A DNA stretch of 64,000 bases from Candidatus Enterousia sp. (GTDB taxonomy: Bacteria; Pseudomonadota; Alphaproteobacteria; Rs-D84). Positions 17,610 to 27,074 of the stretch are shown here, in pieces. Made by a program: the position numbers and the translations under genes. Position 1 is the first letter of the stretch. Every line of letters starts with the position of its first letter. Location: contig JAZRSO010000004.1 in NCBI GenBank assembly GCA_045651525.1, positions 17,127 through 81,126 on the forward strand, in the 5' to 3' direction. The notes below the pieces were generated by a model. The model did no database searches. It worked only from the letters and a program-made list of their open reading frames with translations, and was not told where the DNA came from.

Positions 17610-18726
17610 GAAAAAGCGCATTTTTATAATCGCTGGCGAAGTTTCCGGCGATGTCTTGGGTGGACGTATCATGTCCGAAATGCCAAATGCAGAATTCGTT
17701 GGTGTTGGTGGCGAAAATATGCAACGGGCGGGTTTAAAATCCTTGTTCCCGATGTCTGATTTGGCGGTAATGGGAATAATAGAGGTGGTTGCCCACGCAA
17801 AAACGCTGACCAGACGTATTAAACAGACGGTTGATGCAATATTAGAATATAAGCCTGATTTGGTTTTGACAATCGATTCGCCTGGCTTTGCAAAAAGTGT
17901 TATTAAACAGATTCGTAAAAGTGATGATGGACAAAAACTGATTGATTCTGGGTTGCGGTTTCATCATGTTGTTGCGCCCCAGGTTTGGGCATGGCGTTCT
18001 GGGCGTGCAAAAAAGTATGCCAAGATATTTGATAAACTGTATGCATTTTTTGATTTCGAATTGCCTTATTTCACAAAATATGGATTGGAAACAGTTGCTG
18101 TTGGACACCCGATTGCAGATGGGTTAATTGGTAAATATAAATCACAACAGTCTGAAAAGATTATAACTCTTATCCCAGGCAGCAGAATGAGCGAGGTAAA
18201 ACGCCTGATGCCACTGATGCGCGATATTGTAGATAGACTGGTTCGCAATGGGTATCGTGATTATCGGTTTGTAATACCAACTGTGGAAACAACAGAACAA
18301 TATATCAAGGACACAGTTAAAAATTGGGCGGTTACACCAACGTTGGTGCCGTCATCTGAACGATATGATGTTTATGCCAAGACATACATTGCGATTGCGG
18401 CCAGTGGTACTGTATCTGCGGAACTGGCGATGTTGCATGTGCCGACGGTTGTTGTATATAAAATGAATCCGATAACAATGTGGATTGGTCGCAGACTGAT
18501 TCATGTAAAGTGGGTGTCGCTGGTAAATATTTTGCTGAATCGTGGGGTTTATCCAGAATGTTTGGGTGGCGATGCAAATGTTGATTGTGTGTTAGATTCT
18601 GTGCAGAATTTAACAATACCATCCCAGCGTGAAAAAATGATTTCTGATTTAAAAAGTGCGGACAAACTGTGGAAAAAGGCACATGGTGGCACGTGCGCAT
18701 TGATTGCAGAACATTTGTCAAAATAA
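17599..18726 (+). CDS. lpxB: Lipid-A-disaccharide synthase
   Basis: AGEVSGD, IDSPGF, APQVWAWR, PGSRMSE, ASGT. Confidence 0.95.
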   Translation: MQNKKKRIFIIAGEVSGDVLGGRIMSEMPNAEFVGVGGENMQRAGLKSLFPMSDLAVMGIIEVVAHAKTLTRRIKQTVDAILEYKPDLVLTIDSPGFAKSVIKQIRKSDDGQKLIDSGLRFHHVVAPQVWAWRSGRAKKYAKIFDKLYAFFDFELPYFTKYGLETVAVGHPIADGLIGKYKSQQSEKIITLIPGSRMSEVKRLMPLMRDIVDRLVRNGYRDYRFVIPTVETTEQYIKDTVKNWAVTPTLVPSSERYDVYAKTYIAIAASGTVSAELAMLHVPTVVVYKMNPITMWIGRRLIHVKWVSLVNILLNRGVYPECLGGDANVDCVLDSVQNLTIPSQREKMISDLKSADKLWKKAHGGTCALIAEHLSK

Positions 18727-18791
18727 TTTGAATTTTTTATTGGCAGTGTGGTTGTTTTTATGATACAATACACTTAACAAAGGAGAAAAGA

Positions 18792-19016
18792 ATGCGTTTA
18801 TTACTTGTTGGGATTATTTGCTTGTTTTGTGGCGCTGCATTTGCAGAAGAAGCACCAGTAACTGGTGGTACAGGCACCGCTGACACAACTGTGTCTAATG
18901 TTGCACAACAGGTTCCGAATCGTAAGTACGTAGATTTAATGGCTAATTCTGTTCCTATCGAACGACCATCAGATAATGCACCTGAAGGTCGTGCATTGGT
19001 TTGGATTGAAGAATAA
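18792..19016 (+). CDS. Small secreted hypothetical protein
   Basis: AAGGAG RBS, signal peptide ending AFA, 74 aa. Confidence 0.75.
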   Translation: MRLLLVGIICLFCGAAFAEEAPVTGGTGTADTTVSNVAQQVPNRKYVDLMANSVPIERPSDNAPEGRALVWIEE

Positions 19017-19034
19017 GAAATTTTTTTCAGATTT

Positions 19035-19062
19035 AAAAATCCCGCGATTGCGGGATTTTTTT
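19035..19062. terminator. Bidirectional intrinsic terminator
   Basis: AAAAATCCCGC-GATT-GCGGGATTTTTTT. Confidence 0.85.
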
Positions 19063-19075
19063 ACTGAACCTTGGT

Positions 19076-19393
19076 TTATCGCAGACCTTTGGCGCGACAG
19101 CATGCAGATGCAGCGGCCTGCCAGCTGGGGTATTCTGTTGATGGACTGCGTAGGTCACGCCATGGTTGCCAGCCACTGCAACGTTTGTTTGAACCGTTGC
19201 CAGTGCATTTTGCATAGCGACGCAATGAACATGTTTGATTTGAAACACGACCCATATCTGTTGTGCATTTTACAACAATGTTTTGGTTTTTTGCATCATT
19301 TTTACCCAGTTCTTTGGATGACATAACCTGATACGCATTTGCGGTGCAAATGGCCGTAATTATCATAACAGATGCGATAAGTATTTTTTTCAT
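19076..19393 (-). CDS. Small secreted basic Cys-rich protein
   Basis: AGGGGG RBS, signal peptide ending ANA, 6 Cys in mature part. Confidence 0.8.
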   Translation of the reverse strand: MKKILIASVMIITAICTANAYQVMSSKELGKNDAKNQNIVVKCTTDMGRVSNQTCSLRRYAKCTGNGSNKRCSGWQPWRDLRSPSTEYPSWQAAASACCRAKGLR

Positions 19394-19466
19394 TATTGCC
19401 CCCTTGCCTGTTGTATATGTGTATTATAGGGAATTGTTTTATTAAATACAATGGGAATCTGTGCGT

Positions 19467-21206
19467 TTATTGGTTGGTTGTCCATGGTACGTCGTTCATA
19501 ATCAGATAATACAGTTCTGGGGTATCTGTATCAATTCCGCGCAGAACAGGTCTGACGACATAAATGTCAACATTGCATGGGCTGTTAGTATCATTTTGCA
19601 CTTCCATTAAATCTTCGTGGAATTTAGCGGCAAAATCCATTGCTTGCAGATATGCGGCATCATCATCAGCGGCAGATACAGAATCCCCCGCCCACATCAG
19701 CCACATACCATAATTCACAACGTTTTCTTGACCTTTGATATCATCGGCAGATAACAACAGTAATGGCTTGAATTCGACATCGTTGGTGAATTCACCGGTG
19801 CTGGTTTCTGTGAAATCGTACATATTACCAACAAATTTAATGGCGCCGTACAACAGGCCTGTATTTGCGGTCATCTTGGCCAATGTACTGGCGTTTTTAA
19901 GTGTAGAATGAAACAGCCAATCTTTTACGCGTGTGGATAATTTACTGGCGCGTGCGGCCTTGGCGCCCTTGGCCAGAATTTTGTTGCCGTTAAATGCGGC
20001 GCGTGTTGCCTTGGTAACCTTGACGGCGCGGGCAAAGACGTTGCCACGATGTGCCTGTTTGGTTATTGCCTTGGCACCCTGTAATGTTTTGCGATATTTT
20101 TGCAGGTCGCTGTATGCGTCGGCCTGTTCGATATATTTTTTTACATCGTCGCTGTTTTCAATTGTTTTTAATGCGTCTTTGATTTTGTCCAGTTCGGCCG
20201 TTTTATCGGCGATTTTTGCGGCGTCTTTGACCTTGTCCAGTGCTGCGATTTCCTTGGTCAGTTTGGTTACCTGTCCCGATGTTTTGATGTAATCACGTAC
20301 AGAATCCAGTTTTCGTAATGCGCCCAATGATTTAGACAGGTCTCGCATAGTTTTTGTTGCGCGTATTCCTTTGAGTCCCCCAGAAACAAACGCACTGCCC
20401 CCCAGTGTCGCGACGGTCAGAATAACGTCCGCAGCGATTTCTGCATATCCAATCCATTCAAGGTTTATATCGCCTGCAACATAATATTCGTTTGAATCAT
20501 CGCCCGTTGCCAATGCGCCGGCGCGATTCAGTGCCAGTTTGTTGCCAGTAATTGCACTGCGTGATGTGCACGCGCCACCATTTAGTGATGCATTTGGATA
20601 GAATTTATCAATGTTATCGTTTATGTATTTTAATGACAGTGTGTTATTTTTTTGGGGACCAACAAATTCGTTTAATGCGCCCGATTGAACAACCATAATT
20701 CCATACCATGCTGGTTCTGTATTTGTCCAAACGGTTGGGTCGCCATTTTCACCAATACGCGGATTTGGGTCAGATGTTGGCAACGTGCGTTTATTTGCCG
20801 TCAATATACGTTGTTTTATAATCTTTGGCTGTGTTTCATAGTTTATTGCAATCAAGCGCCCATTTGGAAAAGTGTATTGAATTGGTGTAAAACGAATTGT
20901 GTCTTCGTTACCCAAATTTGCCAGTTCTGGACATTCCAATACGCGTGTCAGTGTTTGTCCATCGTAGAATATATCGTAAATCCATTGTTGTATAACTTCT
21001 TCGGGGGCAGATTCATCAACGTTTTGTGCGGTTTGTGCCAATTGGTCTGCCCAAATTTTGGATGCGCACGGTGTGTCTGCATTTTGAATGGCGGCTTGTT
21101 CCAATTCTGCCAACGACACTGCATCATCTGGCACAATAACATCATTTGCATTGGCAGAATTATGATACTGTATTATAATCAATGATAATAGTAATGTTTT
21201 AATCAT
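19467..21206 (-). CDS. Secreted protein with Gly-rich hydrophobic hairpin and basic Ala/Lys helical region
   Basis: Signal peptide; VILTVATLGGSAFVSGG; coiled coil; overlaps upstream gene stop. Confidence 0.8.
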   Translation of the reverse strand: MIKTLLLSLIIIQYHNSANANDVIVPDDAVSLAELEQAAIQNADTPCASKIWADQLAQTAQNVDESAPEEVIQQWIYDIFYDGQTLTRVLECPELANLGNEDTIRFTPIQYTFPNGRLIAINYETQPKIIKQRILTANKRTLPTSDPNPRIGENGDPTVWTNTEPAWYGIMVVQSGALNEFVGPQKNNTLSLKYINDNIDKFYPNASLNGGACTSRSAITGNKLALNRAGALATGDDSNEYYVAGDINLEWIGYAEIAADVILTVATLGGSAFVSGGLKGIRATKTMRDLSKSLGALRKLDSVRDYIKTSGQVTKLTKEIAALDKVKDAAKIADKTAELDKIKDALKTIENSDDVKKYIEQADAYSDLQKYRKTLQGAKAITKQAHRGNVFARAVKVTKATRAAFNGNKILAKGAKAARASKLSTRVKDWLFHSTLKNASTLAKMTANTGLLYGAIKFVGNMYDFTETSTGEFTNDVEFKPLLLLSADDIKGQENVVNYGMWLMWAGDSVSAADDDAAYLQAMDFAAKFHEDLMEVQNDTNSPCNVDIYVVRPVLRGIDTDTPELYYLIMNDVPWTTNQ

Positions 21207-22581
21207 CTATTCTTATACCATCAATAAGCAATCCGACATCTCCATTTCCTTGGGGCAATAATGTGCTTTGATCGTATAATGGTACGCCGATATACATATC
21301 TATGTCATCTTCATTCCAATCGCAATTTCCTGAATTTTGAATGGTGCTACTAATTGCTGATTTTATTTTTTCCCATTGTTCTTGTGTTGTCATAAGCACG
21401 TCTCCGGCAGATGGGACTCCTTTGTTGTTTATTTCACGCAATACATAATTGCTATTTTCGTCAATACATAGCCGTTTACCTAATATTGGCTTGAATACCT
21501 TTTCATTTAAATCGTCTGTTGGACTGTTCAAATTGTCTTTTGTGCAAGAAGTGTAGCAACCTTCTCTTTTATCTGTGTCGGTACAATTCATTATTTGCGT
21601 GTCTAAGCCGGATTCTAGAAAACTATAAACAATACCCAAGCCACCTGCTGCTGCGATTGGAGTAGAAATTGCAAATGTTGTCATTGCACGCTTTAATGCT
21701 GCTGTTGCTAATGCTTCTGTTGTTGTTGCTTTAACCGTTTTTTTTGCGGCATCTTTGGCAATTGCATCGTTTAATAGCGTTAATGCTTGTTTGCCGGTGC
21801 TGGATTGTACAGTACCATTTGCTATGTTTCGTTCAATTTCTTTTTTTATGGCTTGTTTAGAGATTCGTTTGCCACCTTTTTTCTTTAAGGCCTCTTTTGT
21901 TTGAGCAACAAGGGTGTTTGCCATGGCTTTTTTTGTAGCGTCTGTAGCCGCTTTTTGTGCTGCTTTTACAGCTGCTTCTTTCCCTGCTTCGACCCCTAAT
22001 TTTTTTGCGGTTTGTGTTGCTGCTGCCTTTTTTATTGCTGCTTTTGTTGCAGCTCTACCGCCCTTTTTTACACCAAACTTTATTAATCCTTTTGCGCCTT
22101 CTTTTACAACGACTTTTGCGCCTTGTATTGCTACACCACCTGTGCCACCAGAAAATACGGCAGCGACTATTGTTGTTGCCCACAACGCAGCGTCTATTCC
22201 AGCTTGATATGATCTATTGTTTTCGCATACAAACAATTGTCTTTTATTAGATGTGGTAGTGAGAGCTGCGGCAACCTCCTCAACAATATAATCCCAAGTA
22301 ATATCTATTAGCAATCCGTCTTCTTCGATATATATATCCTCGTCTGGGCTGGTGCGGTTTAATAAGTAATCGCGACACGTATCTATATTCTTTGTAAAAA
22401 ATTCGATTAAACCATCAGAAGTAATTTCAATAGAATCGTTCTCTGTGTCAAAATTATCAAGACTGTTTACAATATCGGTTGCTAATGCGTGTATACATTT
22501 ATCTGAATCGGCGTGTGCAGAAAGTGTTGTTACAAGAACAACAGAAAGAATCGCTAAAAAACGTAATGAGTGTTTAATCAT
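21199..22581 (-). CDS. Secreted protein with Gly-rich hydrophobic hairpin and Ala/Lys-rich region
   Basis: Signal peptide ending AHA; WATTIVAAVFSGGTGG; ATGA overlap. Confidence 0.8.
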   Translation of the reverse strand: MIKHSLRFLAILSVVLVTTLSAHADSDKCIHALATDIVNSLDNFDTENDSIEITSDGLIEFFTKNIDTCRDYLLNRTSPDEDIYIEEDGLLIDITWDYIVEEVAAALTTTSNKRQLFVCENNRSYQAGIDAALWATTIVAAVFSGGTGGVAIQGAKVVVKEGAKGLIKFGVKKGGRAATKAAIKKAAATQTAKKLGVEAGKEAAVKAAQKAATDATKKAMANTLVAQTKEALKKKGGKRISKQAIKKEIERNIANGTVQSSTGKQALTLLNDAIAKDAAKKTVKATTTEALATAALKRAMTTFAISTPIAAAGGLGIVYSFLESGLDTQIMNCTDTDKREGCYTSCTKDNLNSPTDDLNEKVFKPILGKRLCIDENSNYVLREINNKGVPSAGDVLMTTQEQWEKIKSAISSTIQNSGNCDWNEDDIDMYIGVPLYDQSTLLPQGNGDVGLLIDGIRIDD

Positions 22582-23516
22582 TTTGGAAATGCAGATATTA
22601 TTTTGTTTATGAGTTGTTGTTTTGCCTCGTTGGTTGTTTGACCGCCGTTATTATTGCCGCCGTTATTGTTGCCGCCGTTATTATTTTGGGTGCAATCTGT
22701 ATCGGATGGGTATTTTTTACAAAAATCTGTGTGAGATAAATTCTTTTTGTCTTGTATTTTTTGGAATTCTAATTCTTCCTGGGCAAGTTCTTTTTGCCGG
22801 GTTAGATATTCTTCCTTACTCTCAATATTTAACCTGTCAAATGCGGATACGTCTTTGTATGGTTCGTAACCAATCTTTTCGTTTTCCATGCGTTCGGTAA
22901 ATGATAAATCAGCATATGTTGTTGGAAATGCCGCCGCCTTTATACCGTACTGATTTGTGCCGTTTTGGGATTGCAGGTTTTGTAATTCTTGTTTTTTGTC
23001 CTGTACTTCAACTGCCCAGTCGGGTGCCTGGGGGGCAAATGGATTTTTTATTTGAATTGGTTGAATGCTGTTGTTGTTTGGTGTTGGAAATGCAACAACG
23101 TTCATTTGTGGTGTTGCGCGACCATATTTTGCAACATAATCATTAAATGCACCGTCAATATATCCGCCACAAGATGTCGCGTAATTCCCAGTCGTTATAC
23201 GTGATAGTTGAACCATAACGCTTGGGCGAACGTCTGATAATTCTGCGTTTGCACAATTGTTCATCCCTGCACACGTTATGGCAATTAAATCAGCAACAAC
23301 TTGTTGGCAATCATCTGTGCCAACCTGGGGCCCCATTGCATATACAGGTGATGGTAACCGATTGTTATATGGTGAATCTGGGTTATATGCAGGGTTTGTG
23401 GAATAGTTTTGAACGTTCTGAATCACACCGTATTTTGAGAATATAGACGCAGAATATGCCGGCAAAATCAATGCCATAGTGCCAATAAATGTATAAAAAA
23501 GGTGTGCGCATTTCAT
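22578..23516 (-). CDS. Secreted hypothetical protein with C-terminal GGNNN repeats
   Basis: Signal peptide; ATG 23516 (TTG 23522 alternative); ATGA overlap with next gene. Confidence 0.78.
   Translation of the reverse strand: MKCAHLFYTFIGTMALILPAYSASIFSKYGVIQNVQNYSTNPAYNPDSPYNNRLPSPVYAMGPQVGTDDCQQVVADLIAITCAGMNNCANAELSDVRPSVMVQLSRITTGNYATSCGGYIDGAFNDYVAKYGRATPQMNVVAFPTPNNNSIQPIQIKNPFAPQAPDWAVEVQDKKQELQNLQSQNGTNQYGIKAAAFPTTYADLSFTERMENEKIGYEPYKDVSAFDRLNIESKEEYLTRQKELAQEELEFQKIQDKKNLSHTDFCKKYPSDTDCTQNNNGGNNNGGNNNGGQTTNEAKQQLINKIISAFPK
22641..22685. repeat. 15-bp tandem repeat x3 encoding NNNGG
   Basis: accgccgttattatt / gccgccgttattgtt / gccgccgttattatt. Confidence 0.85.
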
Positions 23517-23543
23517 TCTCAATTCATATCCCTGCTTGATTGA

Positions 23544-24014
23544 TTATAACAAAAACAGATTTGTAATGAAAGATAAAAATCCACCAATAAAGAAAAATGG
23601 TGCAAATGGTATATATTTTTGATTTTTATTCTTGGCCCATAATGTCCCCAGTATGCACGCGATAATCAGTGCGATTGCCAACCCATTTGTGCCCAGCCAC
23701 ATGCCACCTACCCCCAGTAACTTTATGTCGCCCATCCCAATCGGTGCGCATGCGTCTGGGTTCTGTTTGGTAAGTTTATAATCAAATACAGCGCCAATAA
23801 TTGCAGACATTAAATAACCAAACGCCCCGCCAATAACCGCAGATTGCAGCGTTATCGGAAAAGAATAAAACGCAATCAATGTCAGCCCAATCAACATCAA
23901 TGGAAACAAGTATGCGTCTGGAATAATACGACGACGAAAATCTGTGACGGAAATTAAAATTGATAAAATTGCGGCGATAACCAGTAAAATAATGAAAAAG
24001 ATGTAAGAAATCAT
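23544..24014 (-). CDS. A24-family prepilin peptidase (short CpaA/TadV-like)
   Basis: TDFRRRIIPD and GMGDIKL aspartate motifs; IPFAPF. Confidence 0.88.
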   Translation of the reverse strand: MISYIFFIILLVIAAILSILISVTDFRRRIIPDAYLFPLMLIGLTLIAFYSFPITLQSAVIGGAFGYLMSAIIGAVFDYKLTKQNPDACAPIGMGDIKLLGVGGMWLGTNGLAIALIIACILGTLWAKNKNQKYIPFAPFFFIGGFLSFITNLFLL

Positions 24015-24087
24015 ATTTTTCTCCCTTGCGTTTCGAATCGGAAATATGCTACACTTATATTATAATGTAATACAAGGGTTTTGTAAA

Positions 24088-24678
24088 ATGAGTACAGGTT
24101 GGGATAACGCAACATTAAAAAAACTGAAAGCATTGACAGGCAAAGGGCTGTCAACGTCTGAAATTGGTAAACGTTTGGGGATGTCAAAAAATGCCATCGT
24201 GGGTAAGTTAAATCGCTTGGGCTGGAATGCCAAGGCTGGCGGTGCGACGGCTGCAACTGTGGCAACGGCCAAAAAAACAGAAAAAAAGCCGGCTGCGAAG
24301 AAAACAGCGGAGGTATCTGCAAAAAAAGCAACGGTGGCGAAAAAGGCACCTGTAAAAAAGGAAACGGCGGTCAAGGCGCCTGTAAAAAAAGCAGAAAAAA
24401 AGCCAGTCGATAAACAAGAAGTCGCTGTGGCCAAGGTTAAACCTGTCAAGGAATCAACCAGCACCAAGGTTAGTGATAAAAATTTGGCTGTACATCAGCG
24501 TATCATTCAACATTCGCTGGAAATGGCAAATCTGAAACCAAATCAGTGCCGTTGGCCGATCGGCGATCCCGATTCGGAACATTTTCATTTCTGTGGTGAA
24601 ACAGTGTTTGTCGGTAAACCTTATTGTTATGAACACTGCAAGCAGGCGTATCAATTCGCAGCACCAAAGAAAAAATAA
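24088..24678 (+). CDS. gcrA: GcrA cell-cycle regulator
   Basis: W...LKAL..KGLSTSEIG..LGMSKNAIVGKLNRL; CRWPIGDP...FCG...YCYEH; Lys/Ala-rich linker. Confidence 0.92.
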   Translation: MSTGWDNATLKKLKALTGKGLSTSEIGKRLGMSKNAIVGKLNRLGWNAKAGGATAATVATAKKTEKKPAAKKTAEVSAKKATVAKKAPVKKETAVKAPVKKAEKKPVDKQEVAVAKVKPVKESTSTKVSDKNLAVHQRIIQHSLEMANLKPNQCRWPIGDPDSEHFHFCGETVFVGKPYCYEHCKQAYQFAAPKKK

Positions 24679-24701
24679 ATATATCTTGGGGGAATACGTA
24701 A

Positions 24702-26858
24702 ATGGTAAACGAGAGAGAGAATTTAAATCAATCATTGAAAGCAACTGATTTTAATATCGGTGGCGATGTTTTTCGTGCCTATTACGACCCAAATGGTCAA
24801 TTGTTGTTTGTTGTTGATTATCTGATAACAGATATTAAACCAAATGTTTTGCTGGTTATAAATCCAGATGGTGAACGTAAATGGGATGATATCTTGGAAA
24901 ATGACTATGGCGTTGATTTGGAAACTGTTCGGCCTAAAAAAGATAACAAATATCAAAAACTGGATATCGAATATTCTGGGCTGGATTTGTATGACGATTT
25001 AATCCGCGCTTATCTTGATGGTTCAGATACGGCCGCACAGGCACATAAATTAAACGAATTTAGAAAGATTTCTGTGGCGCGTTCTGCACAAGAAAGACTG
25101 AACGATGCGATGAAGACAACAGAAAATGCCAGCGATACAATCGATAAAACAAATGAAAAAATCTATCAATTACAACAAACGATTCGTGACTTGAAAAATA
25201 AACTGACTGTGGCACGTCGCGCAATCGGCAAAGAACCAACAAAACAATCAGCGTCAAAGATATTGCGTCTGGAATCTTTGATTGATATGAACGAAGAAAA
25301 ATTAAAACGTGCAAAAAAACGTCTGGTAAACGCACAGCGTCGCTTGGAAAATGCTGGCGATGATGTTGTTGCTGCACAGGGTTTGTTGGCAAGGCTGAAT
25401 AAAAATCTGCCCGCACGCCCATTAAATACAGGTGTTGCAACGGTGGCGGATGTTCCTGTGCCGGCAATCGTTGATGATGACGAAGACGATGACGATGATT
25501 TTGAAACTGAATTTGAAAATGAAACAAAGGCAGAAGATATGGCTGATGAAGATGTAAAACCGTTGTTTGATACTGATCCAAATATTTTGGACGAAGAAAT
25601 CGCGTTTAAACCAATCGAATTTAATAACGATGTACCACAAAATGTACCTGCTGTGGCGCCTGAAAATAATTTGATTGTCAGTGATGTTGCAGAACCTGCG
25701 CCTGTTGTAGATAATTCTTTTGTGCCAAGTTTTGCAGAAGAAACAGTAACAGAAGAAACTGTACCGGCGCCATTGTCTTTTGCGCCACCGTCATCGTTTG
25801 AAACGGTTGAAACGCCAGTCTTGTCATCAGAAGACGATACAATTAAACCGATGTTTGATGGTTTTACATCGTTTCCAGAAATGGAAGAACAGGAAACAGA
25901 AACAACAACTTGGACGCCAACACCGATTGTTCAAGAAGAAAGACCTGTCCAAGATGTTTTGGCGCCTGTGACACCATCTGTGACTGCGGATTCAATGCCA
26001 GATGTTGCCCCTGCTCCAATTTCATCGGATTTTCGCCCTGTGTCACCAATTCATAACGAAAATATGGATCTAAAGCCTGTGGTAACACCTGTGTCTGATG
26101 CTGGTTCCGCACAGGGCAAGCCAACATTGTTGTATTATGTGTTGCTGATTGTGCTGATTGCGATGTCAATATTTACACTGTGGTTTTATCAAAAGTCTTC
26201 TAATGAAAATATGCCAGAATTAGCGGCATCAACAGAACCTGCGCCGGCGGTTGTCGAAGAAGAACCTGTGGTCGCAGAACCAGAAACCGAAGTTGTTGTT
26301 GAAGATGTAATTCCAGAACCGGTGATGGTAACAGAACCTGAGCCAGAACCTGTGACAGAACCAGACCCTGAAATTACTCCAGAACCAGTACCTGTGACAG
26401 AACCAGAATCTGAAATTATCCCAGAACCTGAAATAATTCCAGAGCCTGTACCTGTTACAACAGAACCTGTGGTTGAAAATCCATTTGTTGATTTGCCTGC
26501 TGGTGCGATTGTTGGGCCTGTGGCGGATGTGATTCCAGAACCAGAACCTGTTATCGTTCCAACCGAAGAAGAAGTGCTTGCGACTAAACCCGCGTATGGT
26601 GTGTCACAACAGGAAAAAATGTTCGTTGCAGATGATAATTATGAAACAGAAACGGTTGTTGAATCTGTTGAACCAACAATTATTCGTGCGCCACAAGATA
26701 CAGAACAAGTTGTCGTAGAAGAATCGGTTGATGTATGTTCTGATGGCAATGCACCAGACAGTTATGGTTGCTGTAACGGCGAAGAATTTGTTTTGTTACC
26801 CGATGGCGAACAGGCCTGTTGCGCAGAGAGTACGGGTGAATGTTTCCCACCCATGTAA
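24702..26858 (+). CDS. Bitopic protein: coiled coil, acidic Pro-rich linkers, TM, Cys-rich C-terminal domain
   Basis: 718-aa ORF; TM LLYYVLLIVLIAMSIFTLWFY; (EP)n repeats; GCC...ACC...ECFPPM. Confidence 0.8.
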   Translation: MVNERENLNQSLKATDFNIGGDVFRAYYDPNGQLLFVVDYLITDIKPNVLLVINPDGERKWDDILENDYGVDLETVRPKKDNKYQKLDIEYSGLDLYDDLIRAYLDGSDTAAQAHKLNEFRKISVARSAQERLNDAMKTTENASDTIDKTNEKIYQLQQTIRDLKNKLTVARRAIGKEPTKQSASKILRLESLIDMNEEKLKRAKKRLVNAQRRLENAGDDVVAAQGLLARLNKNLPARPLNTGVATVADVPVPAIVDDDEDDDDDFETEFENETKAEDMADEDVKPLFDTDPNILDEEIAFKPIEFNNDVPQNVPAVAPENNLIVSDVAEPAPVVDNSFVPSFAEETVTEETVPAPLSFAPPSSFETVETPVLSSEDDTIKPMFDGFTSFPEMEEQETETTTWTPTPIVQEERPVQDVLAPVTPSVTADSMPDVAPAPISSDFRPVSPIHNENMDLKPVVTPVSDAGSAQGKPTLLYYVLLIVLIAMSIFTLWFYQKSSNENMPELAASTEPAPAVVEEEPVVAEPETEVVVEDVIPEPVMVTEPEPEPVTEPDPEITPEPVPVTEPESEIIPEPEIIPEPVPVTTEPVVENPFVDLPAGAIVGPVADVIPEPEPVIVPTEEEVLATKPAYGVSQQEKMFVADDNYETETVVESVEPTIIRAPQDTEQVVVEESVDVCSDGNAPDSYGCCNGEEFVLLPDGEQACCAESTGECFPPM

Positions 26859-26860
26859 AT

Positions 26861-27074
26861 AAATTAAATATAATGGCATATCTATAAACAAACCCACAAC
26901 CTCATGTAACTTCTGTACACTACGGTTGTGGGTTTGTTCATATCTATACCATTCTATTTAATTTCTTCGCTAAGTGTGGGTGGTGGTGGCGCCCCTCATG
27001 TAACTTCTGTACACTATGGTTGTGGGTTTGTTCATATCTATACCATTATATTTAATTTCTTCGCAAAGTGTGGG
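26861..27074. repeat. 41-bp inverted repeat plus 81-bp direct duplication (period 94)
   Basis: Left arm 26861-26901 vs right arms 26924-26964 and 27018-27058; direct units 26900-26980 and 26994-27074 (3 mismatches). Confidence 0.9.

Noticed and set aside
26861-27074. CRISPR mini-array with anti-repeat, or a dif site
   Set aside because: Only two direct copies, sequence beyond the 41-bp arm is also duplicated (no unique spacer), and no cas genes are present. The match to XerC/XerD arms and 6-bp spacing is poor.
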